In this document: piece by piece, positions 1-11,200 of the stretch | How positions within the stretch are numbered: position 1 is the first letter of the stretch | Layout of the letters: each line of letters opens with the position of its first letter | NCBI GenBank assembly: GCA_036172245.1 | Contig: JAYWIR010000028.1 | Location: 930,001 to 994,000 of the forward strand | Source: Raillietiella orientalis | Lineage: Eukaryota | Length of the DNA: 64,000 bases | Reading direction: 5' to 3' | Made by a program: the position numbers and the translations under genes | Notes under the pieces: generated by a model | Told to the model about the DNA's origin: nothing | The model's database searches: none | The model's input: the letters and a program-made list of their open reading frames with translations, nothing else

Positions 1-222
1 GAGGATGTCTTTCGCCTGAGGGCTGGCAGCTCGTCCGCAGAGCGCCGGAGGGGTGAGGGCGGCTGCGAAGAACATCCGCGGCTCTGCAGGAAAGGGAAAG
101 GAAGGTGGGAGGAGGTGAGGAAGAGGCGGAGGAGAGTGAGGGAGACGAAGAGCGGACGGAATTCTCCAGGGTGGGTCCGAGAGCCGCCGCGGCCGCCGAT
201 TCCGCAACCTTTCGGGTGATGC

Positions 223-249
223 GCGGCGGCGGCGGCGGCGGCGGCGGCG
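223..249. repeat. (GGC)n trinucleotide microsatellite, about 9 units
   Basis: Directly visible run gcggcggcgg... Confidence 0.95.
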
Positions 250-517
250 TTGCATCATCCCGCGCACGCGCGTGAGCCGCGGCGGCCGCGGCGTCATCTC
301 CGTCGCTTCGGGTGTGTCCCTCGATCTGGCGCGCCCTATCACGCCCACGGGGAGGTTGCGAAACGGCCAGCTGGACCATCTGGCAGCTCCACTTCGGTAC
401 GCTTGCCCAAGAGTGAAAGGCGCCGGAGACTCCACTGCCGGTCCCCGAAGGAGGCAGGAAGGGGGAGGGGGAGGGGAGGAGGAGAAAGAGCCTTTCCTCG
501 CGGCGAGCAGCAGCCAG

Positions 518-553
518 GATAAAAAGTCTCTGTCCACCTCTCAGCTGCCCAGT
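518..553 (+). promoter_or_regulatory. Possible core promoter of the spaetzle-like gene (TATA-like GATAAAAA plus Inr-like CCAGT)
   Basis: GATAAAAA at 518-525 and CCAGT at 549-553, about 30 nt apart and about 95 nt upstream of the ATG. Both are imperfect matches to consensus. Confidence 0.35.
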
Positions 554-645
554 GGAGTCGCGAAGTCGGCGCGTGCACGCAGTTTTTCGACGGACCCTTC
601 TTCCTCTTCCTCCCCGTCCTCCCTCCGGAGCTGCTGACGGGAAAC

Positions 646-663
646 ATGGTCCTCCACGCCTGG
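646..663 (+). CDS. spz: Spaetzle-like protein, coding exon 1 (MVLHAW, start of signal peptide)
   Basis: aaacATGG context; GTACGT donor at 664 (phase 0). Splicing to 1166 gives MVLHAWILALCATILDAGA, a plausible signal peptide. Confidence 0.75.
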
Positions 664-1165
664 GTACGTTGCCACCGATCCTCCTTCGCCTCCCGCGCTC
701 GCGAAGCTCCGTCGTCTCCCGTTCGCTCCTCCTTCCCCTCCTGGCCTCTGGAACGGGAAGGAGGGGGAGGGGGAAGCAGGAAGACTCGCGCTCCTGGGAG
801 CGCAGTTTGCCTCGGGCTTCCCACCCAGTGAAAGATGCGGGCGCAAGGAGCAGGATGGGGTGAGACAGAAGAAAGTAGGGTGGAGAAGAGGATGAAACCG
901 GAAGCGTTCCCTTGAGTTCCTCCAGGGGCACTGGTCCTCGTTCTCCTACCCTCTCGTCTCTGTCCCCCGCCGTTCCATCCCGTCCTCGTCTCCCCGAAGG
1001 GCCTCTCGTCCTGGCGGAAGGAGGTGCAACAGGGAGAAACTGGGGACTCAGGAGGGGGAATGTGTCCGAAGAGAAGGTTCAAGGGTCATCTCCCTCCCTG
1101 CCCCTGTTCCTTCCCGGAATCCCTCGCATCTTTTCTAACGTCCCCTCCCCTCCGTCTTCTTTTAG

Positions 1166-1339
1166 ATCCTGGCTCTGTGCGCCACCATCTTGGACGCGGG
1201 AGCTCCCTACGAGCCTAACAAGAGGCACCCTGGGGGCAAATACGACTACTGCAACCCTCTGAAGCCGCCCCTGTGCGCAGGGAAGCACAACATCAGCTTC
1301 TGCCTCGAGGACCCGGAGTACCCGCTGTACGAAGTGCAG
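1166..1339 (+). CDS. spz: Spaetzle-like protein, coding exon 2 (rest of signal peptide and Cys-containing pro-domain ...DYCNPLKPPLCAGKHNISFCLEDPEYPLYEVQ)
   Basis: Polypyrimidine tract and TTTAG acceptor ending at 1165; CAG|GTGACT donor at 1340; 174 nt, phase 0/0; C..C..FC.ED.EYP motif typical of Spz pro-domains. Confidence 0.9.
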
Positions 1340-1654
1340 GTGACTGAGCTCCTGGTCTGCGGGGTGGGCGGGGTGGGGCTGGGAGAGGGAGTGCTTCTGT
1401 GCGGTACCCCTTGGAGGCCGTGGGCGGGGAGGGACGAGATGGAAGCTCCTCCACGAGCCCTGGCACCTCTTCCTGCCCTGCGGCGTCAGGCCCTTCCTTC
1501 CGGACCGGCTGCACACCGCCTCTGCTCCTCCGTCCTACCCACACCGAGTTTCACCTACTGCACGGTCCCGCGCCCTCGCTGCCCACGCGCGACCGAGCTA
1601 TTTCCCGAGCTAACAGAGGCCCCTCCTACTTCTCTTCCCGGCACGTGATCCCAG

Positions 1655-2146
1655 ACGGCCATCAAAGAGGACCAGTACCTTGACCAGAAGTATTCAGACA
1701 TCCCTGATCAGTCGGCCAACGACCTAGTGGACGGCATCTCCCAGGCCGCCGAGAGGAACTTCGCCTACGAGTTCTACACGGGCGCGTCCACGGGGCCCTC
1801 GCGCTACGACGAGACCCACTGGATTGGGCCCGAGGGCTACATCTGCCCCAGCGAGGTGACCTACGCGACCCCGCGCCGAGCGAGGAACGCGGCCGGGGAG
1901 TGGAGGGTCATCGTGAACGACGTCGAGTACTACGGGCGGACCTACACGCAGACCGTCCGTATGGAAGCCTGTCTCTTCCCGGGGTCAGCCTGCAGGCTCC
2001 TCGCCCCCTGCTACGGCAGCAAGTGCCTGCAGCAGTCGATCTACCACCGCCTGCTGTCCTTTGACCCCTGCTACCCTGAGAAAGGTCTCTTCATCGACCT
2101 ATTCAAGCTGCCCTCCGGCTGCTCCTGCCAACTCCCCAAGTTCTGA
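1655..2146 (+). CDS. spz: Spaetzle-like protein, coding exon 3 (cystine-knot domain, stop TGA); spliced product 227 aa
   Basis: CCAG acceptor ending at 1654, in frame with ORF 1727..2146. YICPSEVTYATPRRARNAAGEWRVIVN...TQTVRMEAC...C...KCLQQSIYHRLLSFDPC...FIDLFKLPSGCSC is a Spaetzle/neurotrophin cystine knot. Exact paralogue not assigned. Confidence 0.95.
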   Translation, partial: TAIKEDQYLDQKYSDIPDQSANDLVDGISQAAERNFAYEFYTGASTGPSRYDETHWIGPEGYICPSEVTYATPRRARNAAGEWRVIVNDVEYYGRTYTQTVRMEACLFPGSACRLLAPCYGSKCLQQSIYHRLLSFDPCYPEKGLFIDLFKLPSGCSCQLPKF

Positions 2147-4099
2147 AAACCCCTAGCCCTGCCCCTGTCCCCGGCCCATTGGGTCCAAGCTCCGCCCTTG
2201 AAGACAGAGGGGACCGCTTTCCAGTGCCGTAGGGAACGATGCTGAGATCAAGGAGAGCAACCCCTCCCCATTCCCATTCCACCAGCCACGAGACGGAACC
2301 ATTTCCCAGGGAGCACGCGACCCAGAAATGAAGCATTTCTCCAGAAACACGAATCTTGTAGCACTCTGTTGGGAGCTGGAGGGTGGGGCGGGGAGGGCAA
2401 GGATTGAGAGGGCTAGGGGAGGAGTCTGCCAGCCTCCGCTGGATCCCTTCCGAAGGAAGTGCCCTCCCGATGTGAACACAGGAGGCAGGACACGAGTCGA
2501 CACGAGTCGTCGGGGGGGGGGGGGGAGCACCTCTCCGTGTCTTTCGAAGATTGTAAGACCCAAAAGCTGCGTATCCCTCGCCCTGCTCCCACACTCTGAA
2601 GAGTAGGGAGAGCTCCTGACCATCCTCGGGGAAGGTCGGCTTCCCCCAGGATCGACGAAGGGGACTGACATCAGCTTCTTCTGCCGAGGAGACTCCAGTG
2701 GTCCCTCGGACAAAGGCGGCCCATCCACGACCTGTGGAAGCTGGGGAAGAAGGGGAAGATGGAAGACGGGGTCTGTTTCAGGACCGGAGATCCAGGCTCC
2801 CTCCCTTCTCCCGGCTCTCTATGGGTCCTGCCACATCCTCCCTCCTTCCCGAACCTCCACTGACTTCTTCCGCCGGCTACGGCGCTCCCGACGCGGCGCC
2901 AGGGAAGTGCGGCAGGATCTGGGAAGCTTCCGGCACGGATCGGGGCGCGGGCGGGAGGAACGGAGATTCCCACATTTGCAGATGCTGCGGGAAGCGTCCC
3001 CGCAGCATCTCGACTTGGAGACCCCGACTCCTTTCCTTCCCGAACGGATGAGGGCGATCGCCCCCTTCCGCGATCCCTTCGAAAATTGGCTGCTATGGTT
3101 GCCTCGACCCCCATCTGTCCCCAAGGGATTAAAACGAAGCCTCCGTTTTTTTTCCCCCTCCTTCCTCTTTTGCTTTTTGGAGACGGTATCATGGCGAGGC
3201 CTTAGCGTTCTGAGATACAGATTCAATAGTCCTCTCACCGCTTCGGAGGTTGACCTATGGGCCAACCCGCACGTCCCACCCACACACTTCTGGTCATTTC
3301 GTCGCCTGAAGGCTTTAATGCTCGGCAGTACCGCCCCGCACTGCATTGCTCAACGGTTGCTGAATTTCCTTTCCTCATTGATGCCTGCCTCCTTGGGCCC
3401 CACAGAATCCCGCCTGTTCCCGTTTCCCATTTATTTACCTCCCACCCTTCCTCATCACCTGAAGTTCCTCCCGTCCAGCTGCGCACAATAAGCTTCCCAT
3501 GCGCTGGAAGCGGTGACCCGGGGCTGCGAGGACTGCTCACCGAACGAGACACTGCTGTGGTGGAGCCTTTGCTCATCTCCCTATGCGCGGCTCCAGAGCC
3601 TTCTGGCAGCTCACTCTTCTGGGACTCTCAGCCTCCCTGAAAAGCCAGCTGACCTGAAAGGACGCGACCCTTTTTGCCCGCGCTATCCGCCTAGAGCGGT
3701 AGAAAACCGAGCCGAAGGGAGCCAGATGGTGAGTGTGATGCTCGTGAGGAGATGGCACCCCGCGAGACGCCAGCGCAGACCCGCGTGATCAAGATTTGCT
3801 CCTCATTCAGGCACTGAGTCATTCAGTGGACCCTGGATCAAAAGCAGGAATCTCGTAGCTCCCAGGAAACCACCCGCGTGTGAGCCCTTCCAACCGAGGG
3901 GAGTTCCACAACCGCACGAGGATCTGCGTTCGAACGGGGCGCTTCCAGGTAGAGAGGAAGTTACGCTCTCGTCTCCATGGGAAATCTCCTAGAAGCACTT
4001 TCCTCGCCACTAAGATAGAGGCAGGATGAGAGTGACTCGGAGGAGGAAGAGGAGAATTAGGTTCGCATGTTGCAGAGCAGTTGGACTGCTCGATGGTTG

Positions 4100-5900
4100 G
4101 TCAGCGCCTCATATCCAAAGAGGTGCTTTGGTAACTTGGTAACTTGTGCTTTGGTAAACTGTCTTGGCCAGCGGAAACCTGACCAAGACAAAAATGCAGT
4201 CCTTTTCTGCAGCAAAAGGAACTCGAGAATGGAGCTCGGCGGATTCCAGAGCCTCTGATCCCCGAACGTGTGGCTGTGGTCCTTTGCGATGCTTTTCTTT
4301 GCTCCTCTGACCCGTCTCCCGTAAAGCCGAAGCTGTGGCGACCTGCAAACGACCGGTCTCGGCTGCTCCAAGATGTCTTTCCTCCACGACGGAGGAAAAT
4401 CTTGACTGACGAGAGCTTTCGCCTGGGATTATCTTCACCACATCTCCTGAAGAACGATGCCTGCAGCCCTGCAGGTGGACAGGGGTCGTCTTTGTTAATG
4501 AAATCGTGTATTCACGGTCTGTAGTCCGCGCCCTTTCGTCTTCATCCATGGACACCCAGCTTTTCCGATGAGCGGCCGATGGACTCGCGCTCCAGCTCTC
4601 GATCCGCGCTTTTGGACTCCAGTCAGCTTCACCCGCCTTCCCCAGAGCGAACTGACGTTTCAAAACCAGGCTGCGACTTCTGGTACTGCTCGGAGTCCGT
4701 TTTTCCTTAACACTGCGTGCCCACTTCTGCGGATGCTTCCTAATTTCCTGGGATATGAAAAAACTGCGACATGTGATTGGATTATCAGCATCAGATTGGC
4801 ATGAAGCTGAGTTGAGAGAAGAGGCATCATTTACAGCGGTGTACATAAGCTTGACTCAGTGTTGAGCTGCAGATCTCCACCTTGGAGAGCTGAGTGCTGT
4901 GGTGTAGTTACACTAAGAGAGCACTACTTTTTATTTCTCGACAATTGGGGGCTGTTACTTGTACTGTATATGCCAAAAGATTATGACTATAAATGTAGAA
5001 ACAGAAAGAGAAAAAAATCATACAATCTTTACGGAGTGCCAGATCACCTGAGGAGCTCGGATGAAAGCTGATGGCTGCTAGGAGTGGCTAGGTAGAAATC
5101 CATTCGCCTTTCCCTCTGTCCTGCTGTACAGGAGAGGAAAAACGGGCCTCGTCCACCGAAGTAGCTTCATTTGAGAGGTTCGGGAATGCACAGAGAAATG
5201 CAAGTGAAGAACCCTCCACAACTTCTACCGCTTGCTCCCCAGGAAACAATCAATCATCGCTCAGTGAATGATTCGGTTCCGTGGGAAGCTGTGCGCGGAT
5301 TCATGCCAAGATCCGCACCCTTCTTTAGATTTTCCTTGCTCTGGAAGTACGGGTTTACCCTTAGAGAGAGGACGAACCGTAGAAACTTCCGAAGAATAGC
5401 CAAGACTGCAAGAAAGGAAGATGGAACTTGCCCAGCAGCGATACCAAAAGCATGAGGACCATGGGAAGGCCGCATCCTCAGTTTCTGCAGCAACCAGACA
5501 ATCGAGCGTCACGACGAGTGAGCGAAGCAAGTCAAAAGGTCCACCTTCCTGCAGTGAGGGCTGCTGGATCCTGCCAAACCCACTACAGGATGAAACTACC
5601 CCGCGATGAAGGAACGCCAGTGCTGGATGAAGGAGGCAGAAGGAGGGTGAAAGCCGAGGAGTGGTCCTCTGCTTCCCCTTGAAGAAAGTCCTGGCTGCAG
5701 GAAAGGTGGCCGTCGGAGCGTCTTCAGGATAGCGGGGGTATACGGCGGGTATACGGCGAAGGGGCAGTGTGGATTGAGGACACAGATGGGCAATCAACCG
5801 ACCGAAATCTCCCCTTCTGATGGATTCTCTCGGAAGACGTCCTCCTCACCAAGGTCAGGATGGAGGGGTAATGAGGAGCAGGCTTTGTGAATACCACGCA
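4100..5900 (-). mobile_element. Highly decayed L1/Tx1-like ORF2 remnant (end of APE endonuclease, linker, start of RT)
   Basis: Weak minus-strand resemblances in the expected order (RRTSSERIHQ..., EDHSS, IRKHPQKWARSVKEK, DFPPSWRK, LPKHLFGY) across several frames. Confidence 0.3.
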
Positions 5901-6616
5901 ACTAATTTTGTGCACAGAACGCGACCTCACGGAAGACCGTTACTGTTGGCCTATAGTGATGAAAATCCTTTTGGGTTCTTCCCTTTTAGCTTTATTTCTT
6001 TTGGGGGGTATTTTTTTTTGGTTTCCTAAGTACTCAAGAACCGTTCACCTGGCGGCTCACGAAGCTCTTTAACGCTGTTCCAGGCCACCCGATGGTGCGT
6101 GTAGTCACTCTTCAAGCTTGGGGGTGCCCCAGGAAGGGATCACCCTATGAATCCAGGAAGGATGCAGAGAGAGGAGTCCGTTCCTCTCATGCTTGAGAGG
6201 GAACCCCGAAGAGAACCCTACACCCTGGTTGTCTCCGAAGGGAATGCCGGAGGGACCACTTCTTATTTCTTCTCCGGAGGGGAACCTGCAAGGGACTTTG
6301 TTTACTCCTCTGAAGAGAGCCTCGAAGGGAGGCTTCCAAATTTTCTCTGAAGGGCACCTCCGGAAAGGAGCAGAGCACTTCTTCGTACTCTGGAGGGGCA
6401 TCAGCCAGCCCCATGATGCGCGATGGAGGACCTTCCCTCCCTTGATTCCTGGAAGGATCCCGGAGGGTTAACTTCCGATCCCGACCAGTCAACGGGAACA
6501 TCCGATTTCCAGCTTCTAACAGCGCCGCACCCGAAGTCTATAAAGACAACCAGCATTAGCTCGCAGGGGGAGCTCGAAACCCACGAGGCACCCATTTCTC
6601 TGGAGTCGATCCTTTA

Positions 6617-7142
6617 TTCTCACCCGATCGCGCCGGGGCGTTTATCGTAAAAAAAAAAATATCCACAAAGGAGCAGTCATATAAATGTAAAAAATGTTTT
6701 TTCCCTTCGCAGTGGTTTCACATCACCACTACGAAGGGAAATGCCTCGGAGGTGCCTCTTCTCGTGAGCAGCTCCCCGATGAGATCCGCACAGGAAGAGT
6801 GGTGAAAGAGGTAAACAGAAAAAACACAAAAAACCTCTCAGTTTAAAAAATGTTTGGAGGGGGGGAGGGGGATCGCAGATTTCTTCCTGGCGTTCTCAGC
6901 ATCCCCTGGAGGATATTAGCAACTTCCTCCTTTCGCTGGCAGAGATGCGACCGTCTCGTCGCCTTCCTCCCGAAGGAGCAGGAGATTGCGATGACCTCAC
7001 CGTCCGACTGGCCTCTTTCGGCGCGGCTTCTTGCAGCCACGACGATCCCACGAAGGCAGCGCAGAGCTTCAAGGGGAGCTGCAGGCGACGTGGCGTCGCG
7101 CGCGAAGAGGGCACCGCGAATCCTCTCTGCCGTTATGCATCG
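6617..7142 (-). mobile_element. 5'-truncated L1/Tx1-like retrotransposon copy (ORF2 C-terminus plus 3' UTR)
   Basis: Translates LRCLRGIVVAARSRA...RRSHLCQRKEEVANILQGM, matching LCCLRGIVAAWSKA...RWPHL..QKELAGILRRM of the 45985-46640 copy. Ends gataaacgccccggcgcgatcgggtg. Candidate TSD ggagtcgatccttta (6602-6616) / ggggtcaatccttta (7143-7157), 13/15 identical. Confidence 0.75.
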
Positions 7143-7616
7143 GGGGTCAATCCTTTACGGGTATTCGAACCCGCAACGCTTGGTACCACGAGCGGAGACC
7201 GTATCCGCATGGTCTCCAATGCGAGCACACAAGCAATTAGGACCAAAGACCGAAGAAGAGTTTTTTGTCTGTGAAAGATTCCAAGCATGCGCTCGCATGC
7301 GCGCTTCCAGGTTCCCCGAGCGACGTTCGTTTCGGAACATCTGCTGTTTCGTTCCTTGAAGGCTGGAAGAAAGCAAAAGATGCGAGTTTCCGCTCAACGC
7401 TTTCTTTTTGACTTGCTCGGCCATGCCCCTTGCAGATGGCCAACCTAAACCGGGATCGTTCCCACATTCTCTACGTCATACTTTACCCTTTACGACGGAA
7501 ATACCAATCCCGAGAATTCTGGCTCCTTGGATGTATGTATTCTAGGCAGGGAGGCGAAGACCACAGAACAAGGCGATCACCAGCATGCCAGGCAGCCAGA
7601 AAGCGGAGCCGAAGAA

Positions 7617-7617
<1 letters not shown>

Positions 7618-7671
<54 letters not shown>
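7618..7671. repeat. (TG)27 microsatellite
   Basis: Directly visible. Confidence 0.98.
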
Positions 7672-7673
<2 letters not shown>

Positions 7674-8154
7674 TTTCCATCTGGTAAAACCAAGGCGGCA
7701 AAAAATGGCATGGCTCAATCCCCTAGAGACATGTACAACGCGGTCTCCAGGGGGGAACCCCCGGGCAGTACGCAGCGATTCTCACAAATATCTTTGGCTA
7801 TTCGTCTGTCCATGAGTCCGTGGAGCCTGGAACTACTATGAGCGTACTGCACCATCATTCCTCCCTCACTGCCGGACTTGATCGTGCACGGGAGTGGAAT
7901 TTGCCCGAAGTAAGCAGCAGGCTTGCAGTAGGGCTAGCTGGGTGCCTGGATGTAGAGATGCGACCAGAACGGTTGTCACAAAATTGGTTCCGTGGGGAGT
8001 GGAAGCGTGAGACTACTCGAGAAAGAGTGGAAGGCAAACGGGGATCAATAAATCTTCCCGAGTTCCTCCTTTAAAACGATAAAATCACCAAATCACCGCT
8101 CCCGAATAACCAGAGAATCGCCTTATGATTGCATCAAACAGAATCGCCAAACTC

Positions 8155-8210
8155 GGACTGGGACGCCATCGCTGGCGCATGGGCGTGTGGCAGCGATGGC
8201 GTCCCAGTCC
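8155..8210. repeat. Perfect 20-bp inverted repeat with 16-nt spacer
   Basis: ggactgggacgccatcgctg (8155-8174) is the exact reverse complement of cagcgatggcgtcccagtcc (8191-8210). Confidence 0.95.
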
Positions 8211-11200
8211 CCAAAGGATAAGAAGCTTGATGTGAGGAGAAGAGATTAGGATCTCGGGGAGGAGATGCACGAGCCTATTTGAATGCCTGAGGAGTGGATC
8301 TCTTCAGCGATGAGAGAAGTATTTAGCTGCACAAAGCAACTGATAAAGGAGGCATCGTTTCCGGGATGGTTCTGCGACCGTAAGCAATTTCTCCAAGGTG
8401 CCAAACGCTTTGCGGGATACCTGCAGCTGTGCAGATAAAGGCACTCATTTCTAATTCCAATAGGAGTAGCAGGAAGGATGAGATGAAGCAGGATAGATAG
8501 AATTTCGAGGTAAGATGTAGAATCTCTCTCTGGGGATTCTCCCAATCGGTCTAAATGGTAAGGAAGCCCGAAAGCACCTTCCAGAAACTTGATCGAGAGA
8601 GCATCTCTTGAGTCTGGAAAGCGAGGACGCCGGTGTTTAGCCCTGACTAAACCCATTGCGGCGGACAACAGCATCAGGACATTCCGGGATTTTGGAATCT
8701 GGTGAAGTGCAAGGGAGGAGACGTTGCCCTACTTGCCGCTTGAAGTTCGAATCATCCTGGCGCCGGGAAGTGCCCTCAGGTTTTTCGAAATTTCCAGAAG
8801 AAGGAAGAGGCGAGTTCTGGAGAGCAGTGCCAACACTCCCGATGCGTTTTCTTGTTCAGGATGCCATCATCTCTGCGACCCAGGATCGCCGTGGTCCGTT
8901 CGACGATTGCCCTTATTTCTTTCCTCGTGAAGGGGTGGTTTCTACCTTTTTCAGTTCCTCATGGGGTCCATTATGGCATCTCAAAATGGCCGTGTTTCCT
9001 CAAAATGCATCAGTGGGCTACAAGTACTGCTTCGTCTGCTTGCGGAGCCTAAAGAGCCCAGCCAACGTGTCTGTGCACCTTCCAGAAAGTGGAAAACCCT
9101 CCGGGGAAAGAAAGGCAAAAGGAAAAAAAAAGGCAGCGTGTTCTCTTGGAGGAAAAAGGGGCTGTTGCCGTTCGTCCAGTGGGGTTGTCTTGCTTCAGGG
9201 TCGAAAGTTGCCCCGTTAGCTGTGCAGTGGTTGGCACGCATCTTCCATCTTCCATAACCGCATCTATAGAATCCTAATTCCAAGGCGTCGGCATTTCCTG
9301 GAGGCTTCGGATCCGAAAAACGGGAACGCCCAGTCGCTGAAGCACCAAAAGAAAAACAACCAGATTCGATTTGAATGATGTCGCTCTCTCCGTTCCCACT
9401 CGGAAATGGGAGTCAGATAGCGAACTTTCATCTAAGGCGAAAAACCGAAAAACGAAGGAAAAAAAAACAAGGAGGGGGGGGGAGAGGCAAACGGGAGAGG
9501 TCTATCATCTTCAAAACTTGAGAAACCAGCGAGGGAAAGCAGCCAGGAAGATGGCTGAGCGTAAGGGTCAAAAGTAAAGGGATTTTCCCGAAAGACAAAA
9601 CCCGGGTGGTAATTCGACGGATCCCTTTGAAAGTTCAGAAAATGCTGCTGCGCGTATCTGGAAATGGAGAGAAAGCAGAGCTTTCTGCGGAAGTAGTCGA
9701 GTCGTTTCCTTATTAGCGATTTCCTGTAATTCATTCATACTTATTTTCCCTATTAGCTTCGAGAACTTGGGCATGGTTTTGTTCTCCCCCTAGGAGGCGG
9801 TTGGACGCCTGCTGGTATGAAATCGGGAACAACAGCCATTCCGATGCTGATGATTCCCTTTCGGACCAGGTTTCGTGATTCCCCTAAAATCGGGTTACCT
9901 GGGAAACGGCACAGATACAGATGCAGGTATCCCGTCTGACGTTTCCCAACTCTGGCTGGATGGTTCCTGCGTTGATGCACAACGAGCTGGTCGCAAGAAG
10001 TTCGAATTTGAGAACCGAGCAAATCACGTGCAGGCGTGGTTGAATTTCCCTCGGCCGAATTTCACCTGGACGTTCCAGAGCTTTCCAGGGCTGGAGCGCC
10101 TCGTTTCTGGAACTCCGGAAAGCTTGCAGCAGTCGTCATTCGAAGAATCACAGCTTTGGAAAGCCACGAGGGGCTTCGCGTTGACTGCAGCGACATCTTC
10201 ACTACGAACTGCCATGTACGGTAGGGGAAGGGGAGGATTTCATATCCTCGCACGAGATGGAAGCACTCCCCCAAGGCAATGAACCAAAGGGACTCGAAAA
10301 GGAATCTCCGCGTCAGCAGCCAGGTTCAAAAAGTTGTGTGCACAGATCATTTTAATTACTTACGGTCTGCTGCTTTCGTGCTGCTAAATTCATTGCAAAT
10401 CAACGTACATGAATTCGAGTTACTGAAAGGTAACTGCCGCGTTTCACAAATTATATGCTTTTTTCCGGAATTTTTTTTCCGCAAAAATGCAGGTTTTCGA
10501 CTCCCACAGGAATGCAAATTTTAGTGTTCGTGCCCTCGTGCATGTATACACACCGATAATTCCTTCTACATGTGTATTCCCCTTCCACGCATGTCATTTT
10601 TTTTTTGTGTTTTTTTTTTCTCGGTAGGTCTTTTCTAGCGTGATGGTCCCTCATGCGCTTAGCGGGCAAAAGTTTGCCCTTCATCCGTAATGGCCACCTC
10701 GGGCACCGTCGACTTGGTCTTCCGTATCCTGCTGAAGACACTCAACGTGTTCAGAAGTTTCATCTGCATCGTGGCGCTTCGCTACTGCAAACAGCTATAA
10801 AGATGTCAAGAATTCCTTCCTCTGTATAAAAGCCCTGATCCTTTGGTTGCGCATCCCCAAAAAACGTTCTTCGTCCCAAAGATGTCCTCAAAGGGAACGG
10901 ATCCCATTTTGGACATTTCTGTTCGCTGCAGCATGCCTTGGCCCTGCACGAGGAGTACTCTCTAAAGAAAGAGGGAAAGTTGTTCTTTGCAGCTGCCGTC
11001 TATAAGACACGAATATCTGCATGCCCGCATGGAATGTCTGCCGCTATCTTGAAGCTCGTCGTTCAAGTGTTGAGCAAGAGAATCGTCACACAGACCGATT
11101 CTTCCCGACGTCGTGCTAAAAAGGAAATGCGCAGGCACCTCTGAACAAACTTAGAGGAAGGAGCCGCCACCGAAGAACAAGCCCTGGGGGCTCAGGGGAA

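Noticed and set aside
1340..1654. Continuation of ORF 1190..1648 as coding sequence
   Set aside because: Bounded by GT..AG, and Spz similarity resumes in frame only at 1655, so it is an intron.
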